From Chrysomallon squamiferum (taxonomy: Eukaryota > Animalia > Mollusca), in NCBI GenBank assembly GCA_012295275.1, contig CM022669.1:15810001-15874000 (forward strand): DNA of 64,000 nt, given 5' to 3'. Made by a program: the position numbers and the translations under genes. The notes under the pieces are model-generated. The model worked only from the letters and a program-made list of their open reading frames with translations, searched no databases and was not told where the DNA came from. How positions within the stretch are numbered: position 1 is the stretch's first letter; every line of letters begins with the position of its first letter. This document shows positions 52,879-64,000 of this stretch, one piece after another.

Positions 52879-53656
52879 AGAGTGAGTGAGTGAGTGAGTT
52901 AGGTCCAAGGCTGAAATAATTAATTTTAGATATTTTACATAATAGTTTATCTCATACAACGATTTAGTTTTAAGACGTACATGCTTTCGCCCTTATATTT
53001 TTTTCATTTAAACCCCCCCAAAAAAAAAATAAAATAAAATAAAATAAAATAAAATAAAATAAAATAAAATAAATAAATAAATAAACAAACAAATAAATAA
53101 ATAAATAAGTAAAAAAATAAATAAGAAAGAAAAAAAATAATGATAAGAAGAAAAAAAATAGAAGAAAGAAAGAAAGAAAGAAATAAGAATAAAACGAAGA
53201 AAATTTAGAGTAACGTAACGATCAGTGTATCGCGTTCAGTGGAAGCCCAGAAAACGTAGCTGACATAAATTCATTCTAGCTAAATTGCATGCAGTTATGG
53301 AATCCTGTAAATTAATATTGTGTCCACATTTTGATAGACAGCTTACGCTTGGGGTAAGCGTCCTGTTAATGCACTGATAGAAACTTATGTTTTTTATGCA
53401 TTTCGCCTTGTCTGTGCGACCGTAGATGGTAGAGCATCGTAAATGAGATTTTTGCACAAACCAAATAGAATATCCGATTCAGTGTGGCGCTGCTTAAGGT
53501 TTATGTCTCTTCAAAGTTCAGCAATTTATCTTGTGTTTTTTTTTTTTTTAATAGAAAAACGTTGTTTTTATTAAAAACAAATATTCTTATTTTCACTCCT
53601 TGATAAATGATCTGTCAAAAAGCCTCATAATTTTGTATGACTATCCATATGTTTTT

Positions 53657-53784
53657 ATGTGTATGTATGTATGTATGTATGTATGTATGTATGTATGTAC
53701 GTACGTACGTATGTATATGTGTATGTATGTATGTATGTGTGTGTGTGTCTGTGTGTGTGTATATATGTATGTATGTATGTATGT
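53657..53784. repeat. (TATG)n/(TG)n microsatellite
   Basis: Tandem run. Confidence 0.9.
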
Positions 53785-55064
53785 GATGGCCGTTTGAAGT
53801 TCCATGCAAAAATTATTAGTAAATGTTTATTCTTTATAATAAAATTCATTAATTTTCACCTTAGATTTATATCTATCATGTTAAATATTTCCAATTCTTG
53901 CCTGTGATTGCAACTACTTTATCAAAAGCTGTCAAATGCTTTCAAATGGAAAACTACGTACAAAATATGTCGTGTCTGCTAATCAATATGAGTAGCACAT
54001 GTATGTACGTACTTAAAGCTTTAATACAGGTTTAAATTAGGTTTCGGTCGTGTAAATAGGATTATACATTTCGATTTTCAGCAACTGCTAAGAAGCTAAC
54101 ATAAACAAACTTAAATGTATTTAAAAATGAAATAAACAGAATGGATGAATGAGGGACTATATAAACGAATGAACGCATAACGAATGAATGAAAGAATTAA
54201 TTGATTACTTTTGTAGTCTTTATGTATTTATCCTCTTTATTTAAAACGTTCTTTACTTTTTCCTTTCTGTCTTTCAGGCATAATTATTTACAAGATTTTT
54301 TCTTTTTGTTTTCTTCATTAATTAATTAATTAATTAATGAACCAGGTAAACATCTATTAATAAAACATGCAGGCCTGCATACAAGAAGCTAGGTATTCAC
54401 GTGCACGGACACAGACACGAACAGACTAACAGTCGGTTGGAGTGTATATTGAAAACACAATTTTAGTTATGATTGCCATAACTGTAAGTACAACAGTGCT
54501 GCAATAATGTCATTGACTTGTAAACTTTCAATATACACTATTAAGTACTTGTAGTTTTATTTTCAGGTAGATAGATAACTATATACCTATTTCCAGTTTC
54601 CTGTTTGAATAGAAACTCTATTTGTATCAGCACCTGTTTCGTAAATAAAAACGGCGTCAATAAGCGTTTTATGGCAATGCGCTATGTAAGCAGGGAAATC
54701 CTGAGTTCGTGTCATCGAAATACAAATTACTGACAAATCTGTCTCCGTTTGTTTTAACATAAATAAAATCAGCTGTCAGCTGACTACAATGATATTGTTA
54801 GCGTTATTTTGACTGAAGTTAATTAGGAAATATTATATTTAACAATAATGTTGTTATTTCAATAACAATTTGTAGTGCTGTTAATTATGGTTCCATAAAT
54901 TTAAGTAATGAAAAGAGCGAGAAAAATTTAAAAGAACATTCCATTATTATTATCGTTGTTGTTGTTACCTTTAGAATGACAGAAGCAAAGAAAAAACATA
55001 GGGAGAGCGGAACAAATATATAAAGAGATAAATAGATAGGTAGTGAGTGAGTGAGTGGGTGAGT

Positions 55065-55174
<110 letters not shown>

Positions 55175-55685
55175 ATGTGCATGTAAACGAAAAATACACA
55201 GACAGACCAAATGATCTAGAATTGATCAGTGTTTCCTTATAAATATACCCTTACAAATTAGAATATAAGTCATTTGCTGTAAAATGTTCTATAAATATGA
55301 TATTACTAATTTCCAGTAAACAATTAAGCTAGGAATCCATTGTCATTTATTATTATTATTATTATTATTATTATATTTTTTTTTTTTTTTTTTTTGTTGT
55401 TTTGTTTGTTACGATTCTGAACTCTAATCAAAACATAATGATCATTAAGAAGATTGTTGTATCTGTACGTTGTAAATGTAGGGTATTAAGTATAGTTTAT
55501 TGTTACTTTGGAATTTTATCGTCTGTAAAAGATATTTTTTTCTATTATGAGTCTTAAGTTAGTCTTCCTTTTGTTACCGTTAACGTTACCTCTCAAATTA
55601 CGATTAAATTTGTATCTTTTTCATCTATTTCTCACCTTTTACATTTTGAAAAAAAAGTAGATTTTTTTTACCTTATCACTTTTTG

Positions 55686-55738
<53 letters not shown>

Positions 55739-56947
55739 GACTGTTATTATTAAATTTCTTGTCCAGCTGGGTTTTTTTTTTTTTAATAGCATAAGCCACT
55801 AGAGCAGAAAACCTTATTGTAGTCGTTTTTATCGTTTCTAAAACTTTAACATAAATGTAATCACTTCTAATCACATTAAACATAATTTCTTGTATTTAAT
55901 TACTTTTTTTTCTTAAAGTCAGTTCACACTGTTTGATGAGAGATACCGTGATCATTCCTGTCATTCTTAACCCCATAACATTCACAAAATTCCCTTGACA
56001 CACAAACAAATTCAATTTTAAACATGTAGATCGCCTGAGTAATCTTTATGGTCGAAGACAAGGAATGATTAAAGAATTTCTTACTCCGAGTATCGCATTT
56101 TGGAGGTACTGATTTATGTAAATAGTTCTGTTTCTTTTGTCATAAGCTTCATTCCTTGGATCATTCCCTTCTCCATAGCTAGCGTGGTTAAAAAAATATG
56201 CTTGGCACAGAGCTGTAATTGTGAACATTTCTGAGCAGTTTAACTTTCTTCACTCCCGAGCTCAACAATAATGTCCTTTTTGTTTTCTTTTAATATCGAT
56301 AGGTAAAGCTTTTATGCAGTGCTTTCTGTATAAATCTCCATTTTAAAAATGATGACAGTGACTTAATCTATTATTCAATATGAAAGGTCACGTTTATTTT
56401 ATTACAGGCAGATTTTTTTTTTTTTTTTTGTTCTAAATGAAAGATATGCCAACGACAATAAAACGTTATTTCATTGCAGGTTCCAATTTAAGATAATTAC
56501 AGCCAATTTCAACAACATTTGCAGGTGTCATTGATTAACCTCGTATCAGCTCTCATAAATTAAACTGATAACAATGCTAAATTGACATCCATGCTTAAAA
56601 ATAACTGCAAAACTGTCTGGCGCATTGAGGAGATGGAGAAAGAGAGGAAGAGAGAAAGAGAATAAGAGGAATAGAAAGAGAAGAGAGGAGAGAGTGAGAG
56701 AGAAAAAAGAACAACACAAACGGAGAGAGTTGGAGCGTGATGGATGGAGAGACAAGAGTGCTTTGAATGAGAAAGAAGGAAGAAACAAGGAGTACGTGAG
56801 GTAGAAACCGAGAGAAAGATAACAAGGAATGTGACTCGTATTATTTGAATATATTTCAGAAAAAAGCTAAGATAAAGATAAATGACATTAAACTGATATG
56901 TTCATTTATCACTGAGGAACAACGGTTAAATATAATTCAAAAAAACA

Positions 56948-56949
<2 letters not shown>

Positions 56950-57036
<87 letters not shown>
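56950..57036. repeat. (CT)n microsatellite
   Basis: Perfect tandem run. Confidence 0.97.
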
Positions 57037-57042
<6 letters not shown>

Positions 57043-57975
57043 CTCTGTTTATCCTTAATCTATTGCATTTTCGACTACTGTACAAATATTGTGTTTCTTT
57101 CTGGTTGCTAACATCCATTTTTAATACCGGTGTGCAGCGACATTGAGACACTCGAACCAATTAACCGGGCGATCATAAACCAAATAACGTAACAGTTGTC
57201 TCATTGAGAGTTTTAAGAAGTACACTTCGTGTATTTATCTCAGCTTACAAATACAACATTTTTTTTTTTATTCACGTTAGTTCACTTCTTATGGGGAATA
57301 CTGTATAAACATCGAAATATATTTCCATGAATATCTGAATCACGTTTCGTATCTTTTGGGGGCCAGCTGATTCTGTGTTTTTAAGAAGGACAAACAACTT
57401 GACGTGTTTTAATTAGGAACGGTTCGGTCAGAAAGTATTACTTCAATCTTTCTTTCACTCACTCTAGGTGGTCTGATAAAACTATCGATTGATTCCAAAG
57501 CTCGATGTTTTTACGTTTTATATTTTTATTCCCCCTTTTTCCCTTCTTGGAATTTACCACGAATGTCCCGGGAGAGTGCCTGTGGTTGAGTAGAGATATA
57601 CATGCTATCGCACGCTGCACGTTGTTTCATGTGGAATTACTTTGAACCTTGGCGCTGTGTGGGAAATGGACTGAAGCAGAAAGGGGTAACGTCGATATAT
57701 ACTCTTTTTCGTAATTCACCACACAGACTAAAGTTTTTTGCTTACGAGCAGATGACCGCTATTTCTCATAAACAGATATATTATTTGTTGTAACAGTCAA
57801 GAGTTTGCGACAAATAGGGAAGTTACTCTCCTGTTAGAACCAGCCCTGTATTGTTAAAAAAAAAATTTTAAAAATAAAATGAAACTTTCAACTTAATTCA
57901 GAATATTGAATTGGTGATCGTTGAAAATAAAACCATCAATTCAAAGCTTTCTAAACTTTTTTTTTATTGTATCAC

Positions 57976-57980
<5 letters not shown>

Positions 57981-58064
<84 letters not shown>

Positions 58065-58087
58065 CTCACACACACACACACACACAC
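57981..58087. repeat. (CT)n followed by (CA)n microsatellite
   Basis: Tandem runs. Confidence 0.96.
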
Positions 58088-58914
58088 TCTTTCTCTCTTT
58101 TCTTCTGTCTCTCCTCCCCTCTCTCATTTTTTTCTCGCTCTGTCAGTCAATATATTTCCTCTCTTTCTGTCTCCGTTTATTTCCTAAAACATTGTCAATT
58201 TGTGGCTGTCATCTTAATAATTTACATCACGAAAACAGTGGCTACATAATCACCGCATTAAATAACATTATCATAAAGTTTTATCAACAAATCGCCTCAG
58301 TAAAATCAAGTTGATAATACCTTTGATGGTGAATTAACTAAACAAATAAAAGCTTTTTAGATATTAATTTTCTTTAATTGGTGAACACACGAACGGTGTC
58401 ATTTTCAGTAAAAATAACATAAATAATTAGCAACGACGCTCTTAAGTAATTCACTGGACGTACTTAAATCAATTTTACTTTTAGAATCAGGAAGTTATTT
58501 AACAGACCGTGTCTAAAACGTAACCGTGATTTATTAAGCTTTTACCATTTCGTTTCAGATAACGCTTTGATAAGCCTCTTTTTTTCTCTCTCTCTATACC
58601 CTTCATATAACAGACTTGTAGATGGCACGCCAAGTCAACATTTTCTGACGTATCGTCAATGATATTTTTCTCTCTTTTTTTTTCCTGGAAAATTAATACC
58701 AGTGAAGTGGTCAGTGCACTAACAAAACCTTCGTGGGAGAATTGAAAAAAATATATATAAATAAATAAGTCGATATAGGAGATCAGAGATAAACTGAAAG
58801 ACTGGCCTTTATGTCTGTCATGAAGATGACATTCAGGCACTGAAATAACGGCAATGATAATTATGATGGTGGTAATGGCAGTGATTGTGATGTTGATAAC
58901 GTTTATGGTGGCAG

Positions 58915-58936
58915 TAATAGCAATAACAACAACAGC

Positions 58937-59016
<80 letters not shown>

Positions 59017-59063
59017 CAGTAACAACAATAATAATAATAATAACAATAATAATAGCAATAACA

Positions 59064-59101
<38 letters not shown>
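58915..59101. repeat. (AAT)n microsatellite with AAC/AGT variants
   Basis: Tandem run. Confidence 0.94.
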
Positions 59102-59102
<1 letters not shown>

Positions 59103-60191
59103 TAAATATAAATGAGTAAATAAATATAAAACACTAAAGTATATAATTATGTCCATGACACAAATATTATCATCCATACAAAGATCGTATCATAAATGTC
59201 CTGCATGAAATCAGATTTTTTTGTCGCTGGTTTCACTGAAAATCTCACACAGAAACTCGGACGTTAAATACGAAAATACAGAACCAATGTTTTAGAACAC
59301 GACTGATAAAAAACAAAACAACATGTTCACATTATCAGTTTCCATAGCATTAAGCTGAAATAAAAATAACGTAAAATTTGTTTTTTAAATCAGAGATTTC
59401 TAACACACAATACAGAACACAATATAAAGCAGTATTACTGAGATAAGGAAAGTGAAAATATTACAATTAATCAAGTAACTAACCGACTAAATTACTAACA
59501 AACTGATAAACCAAACTAACAAAGCAAATAAATAAATACTCACTTAAATAAAAAAAAATGCAAAGCTACGCATATATGCACACAGAAATACATGGCACCA
59601 AAACTCTAATCGTAGTTATATTTAGACATTGTTGAACTTTTTTCGTATTTTTTTCTTTTATAAAACCGGGGTATTAACTGACAGGCTTAAAACAACTTGT
59701 TTGTAACAGAAAACTCAATACGAAAATTTAAAACGACTATATTAAACACATGTACTTTTTCATAAACATGATGCTAATAAATAATCAGTCAGATAACAGG
59801 TGACTCATACAATTTATATACGTCATAGACACAGAATATGTAGATAAAATAATGAGAAAATATATTTGGCATTTTTTTTTTCTTATTTTATTTAATTTTA
59901 TTTTATTTTATTTTATTTTATTTTAAATCTAATTTTGTATGCATGAGATAGCTTTCATTTCTAGTTCACTATCGCTAATGCAGATTTCTTTACTAATATC
60001 ATAAAACACATTCCCACTAGCCCAAATGACACTCAGGAAATGTGCAATAAAATTAAAATATTAGATTAAATTTAATAAAACGGGGAGAAGAGGGATTACA
60101 TAAAAAGGTTATCATTTTCAATCTTATAACAATCAATTCATATACATACACTTACTGTCAGTAAAACGAACGCACTGGAACACATTATATG

Positions 60192-60193
<2 letters not shown>

Positions 60194-60252
<59 letters not shown>
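60194..60252. repeat. (CT)n followed by (GT)n microsatellite
   Basis: Tandem runs. Confidence 0.95.
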
Positions 60253-61269
60253 ATATATATTTATTTATATACATATATACGTAAGTATATACATAAATAT
60301 ATACATAGATAAACACAGATATACGTAATATATACGATTATATGTGTCTGTGTTTATCTGTGTATATATTTATGTATATATCTATACATACATACATACA
60401 TACATATACACACACACATACACTCACACACACACATATGCAAATTGTGTCACATTTTCACTCCCTAATTATCACAAATGTCATCCAATTTAAAATAAAA
60501 CTGAACTTTCTCTTCTTTTCTTTTTTTTTCTTTTTTTGTTGTTTTTTCAGTCATATATTATTTATTTCAGTGGATACCATTATGTCCGGCACTGCTATAA
60601 CGGTATCTTTCTTAGTCCGCTGTTGGCTACAATTTATTGTATTATTATTTTCTCGAAGTGTTCATAATGTAACTGTTTGGCAGACTGTACCAGCTTGGTT
60701 TGATTACCTGTGGATGATTGAACGTCTGAAAAGAATTACGCCTGATTAAACATAATTCACAAGCGACGACGGTTGAAAACAGCACTCACGACGTCTTTAT
60801 TTCGTACGTTCTTGAAGACGTTGAAAATGTTGCGAATTTTATAAAGTCCCATTACCGGAACCGTGCACGTAAAAAAAAAATACAACGAAGATTTATTAGG
60901 TCGTGTTCATTGTCACGATAACTTTTAAAAAGTTTTTAAAAAAAGAAAAAATAAAAAAAAGAAAAAGAAAAAGTATAAAATAAACTGAATAAGAAAATAA
61001 GTTAAAAATAACTACAAATCAATACAGATAAATGTATAATAAATAAATAAATAAATAAATAAATACTGGGATAAAATAACGACAAATAAGTAATATTAAC
61101 ATTGCTAAATATTAAACCCAAAAGTTATGTACAGTTCTTTCTTTTTCCTTTCTTTCGTTCGTTCGTTCTTCATGTTACTAGAATATATATCCGACTATTT
61201 GTCTCAAATGATTTTTGACTTTGTTCTTCCATTTTTTTTCTTGTTTCAAAATAAAATAACACATACGGG

Positions 61270-61274
<5 letters not shown>

Positions 61275-61364
<90 letters not shown>
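61275..61364. repeat. (AG)n microsatellite
   Basis: Perfect tandem run. Confidence 0.97.
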
Positions 61365-61368
<4 letters not shown>

Positions 61369-61706
61369 TGTAAGATAGAATACAATATAAACTTTTGATC
61401 GTAAATAAATAGTTACAGAAGTTTTATAGTTAATCTTGCTTAAATCAATAAATATTTATCCCAGAACTGTGCTACTTATATTTTATTTCCTGCCTTCGAT
61501 TTTATTATTTTTTCTTCATTACTTCGTCTCGACGTCTTCAAGATTGTCTAAATGTGATTATATACAAAAGGAGTCTTGTATTTGCTCTGAGCTTCATCAT
61601 TTTCTATTTCTCTATACAATATATATCTCTTAAACGCGATCAGGTCATACCGATTTTTAATAACCTGGTTTTAGCTTTTTGTATCGATGATCATTTTCCC
61701 CCCCCC

Positions 61707-61714
<8 letters not shown>

Positions 61715-61796
<82 letters not shown>
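61715..61796. repeat. (CT)n microsatellite
   Basis: Perfect tandem run. Confidence 0.97.
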
Positions 61797-61800
<4 letters not shown>

Positions 61801-62342
61801 AGACACACAGAAACGGACGCATATAGATGCACACGGACACGCACACACACATTCCACTCTCTGTCTCTTTTTCCATCTATCTAACTTCTTCCGCCGCAAT
61901 TTCTTCGTTAAATTTTTTTTTTTTTTTTATTTATTTTTTTCTTTTTACGAATTCATATTCTGAAAAGATTCATTAGCCTAACGGTCTAGTATGTTTTCGC
62001 TATTAGTGATGAAACATGCTTATTGACTTCAACTCTATTTACAAATGATTTCCACTCTTCTTTTTTTAAATCTGTACAGACTGCAGACAAAAAAAAAAAG
62101 TAATAATAATGTATCATTGCACCAGGAAATAATATATTACTTTGTACATATGGTGTCCTCGTCACTGTTTTTTTTCAAAGACGTAACGTACGACTTGTGG
62201 AATGCTTCTAACGTTATAGCAAAGTGTTTCTTTTTCTACAAAAATATTTGCTTTGGTTAAAAGTCAGACCTGTGATCAATGTAAGTGTATGGGTACATGT
62301 ACACGTATGCATATGCGTGTGTGTATGTGTGTGTGTGTGTGA

Positions 62343-62379
<37 letters not shown>

Positions 62380-62830
62380 TCTATGTGTATGCATTTGTAT
62401 ATATGCATGTGTATGAGTATGCGTGTATATATATATGTATGTATTGTGATGGGGGTGTGTGCATCTTTGTGTATGTATGTAGCCATGCATATATGAGTAA
62501 ATATATTTTTAAACGTTTCCGGATATATTTATTTATGTATATGTAAATGGATTAATGACAGAATGGACATAGCTGAATATATGTATCCATGTAATGTATA
62601 CGTTTATACGTATTTAGTTATATAGGAATGTGCATATCAGTACCAGAAATGGCAACAGAGAATAAATTTAATATATTTACATACAATTAACCCACACCGA
62701 CACACGTGTACATCCAGGAACAAGAGTATATAACTTAAAATACTAATTATAGAAAAGGTAATACACAAAATTAAAATGAAATATTAAATGACTAGAGGAA
62801 ATAGAGTGATTACAATTTTAATTAATAATC

Positions 62831-62873
<43 letters not shown>

Positions 62874-62902
62874 GTATGTATGATAATGTGTGTACATGTG
62901 TG

Positions 62903-62935
<33 letters not shown>

Positions 62936-63952
62936 TAGATACATAGATAGATAGATAAATGGACATATAGATAGGTAGATAGATAGACACAGAGAAAGAT
63001 AGACAGATAGACAGATAAACTGACAGATATAAAGCAAATTTTAGTAAACTATCCGAAAGAGTAAATTCACTCAAAGGTCAGTTACTTGTCCGTTTGCAGC
63101 AATGAATATTTGTATACGCATCTTCCCAAAGACAGGATTCAAAGACTATAAATTCTGATATACCGACTGACGGGCAATGGTTGGAACGGGAAATAACGAA
63201 TCATGTGTGAGGCCAGTTGTCTTATGCAGACCGCTAGAAAATACTACTGAAATATTTCTCTTAAGACTGTGATAGCTATTTCAAACAGTCACTGAGTACA
63301 CATCACTAAGTCTGCTCTACGTATAATTTACTTACATGGGATAAAGCTAATCTCTAAAAATTATTATCATTTATTATTTATTTTTTATTTTTTGCTAAAT
63401 ATATGCTCAGCGACCGTAAGATGTCCTGAATAACATGCCCCAAAAAAAATAAATACAAAAATAAAAATAAATATCTGAATAATAATTTATCACGGATCGC
63501 ATAAATAAAAACATGAAATTAATTTAAAGGCGAAGGCCCGAATAGAAATGCATATACACGGTTCGTTTCTTCTCTGTTGTGGTAAAAAGGAACAAATTCG
63601 ATTTTCACAAAATATTATTATTATTTTTTTCAAAGTCTTTTTCGTGTTTTACGAGCTAATTAAAAAACAGATTTTGTTTTGTTTTGTACATCTTAATCAT
63701 GCTACATCAAGCAATGAACAAGATAAGATTTATATTTTTTTTTTTTTTTTTTTTTTTTTCTCTGTTTACCGGAGTTAATCCTTGTTTACAATAAGGAATT
63801 AAAAAAAAAAAAAAGAAATAATAATGAAAAAGACATCCGCATTAACGCAGTAAGTGGTTTAATGTCAAAGAACGGGATTTGTCGCTGACGACGTCTAATT
63901 GAAATCAATAAAAATGTAGCAACACACAGAGAAAAAAAAAATATCACCTTAC

Positions 63953-64000
63953 CTGAATGAGATGCGGAAATCCATGATTAACCACAAAACAAATCACAGC
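63953..64000 (-). other. Candidate upstream 5'-UTR exon of the Dpr-like gene (truncated by the window edge)
   Basis: Strong donor TTCAG|gtaagg at 63953/63952. The start-codon exon has an acceptor, so an upstream exon is expected. Linkage is unproven. Confidence 0.25.

Overview
Eukaryotic, very AT-rich and microsatellite-dense genomic DNA, probably from an invertebrate (mollusc-like/lophotrochozoan by inference only). There are no prokaryotic features, CRISPR arrays or recognisable intact transposons. Almost all ORFs in the supplied track are simple-repeat artefacts. The one well-supported gene is on the minus strand and was reconstructed by hand from GT-AG sites and reading phases. It has six coding exons: 45355-45277, 44211-44075, 30276-30063, 25887-25858, 23257-22970 and 22394-22246 (897 nt, 298 aa). 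The product is a signal peptide + Ig1 + Ig2 + hydrophobic, GPI-like tail protein of the Dpr/ZIG-8 family of neuronal recognition molecules. Points worth following up are a uORF whose stop overlaps the main start (ATGA), a 30-nt symmetric linker micro-exon, possible alternative C-termini by intron read-through, complementary (AG)n/(CT)n tracts flanking exons, and a few orphan exon-like segments. I found no evidence for a wholly new biological system beyond these regulatory hypotheses.
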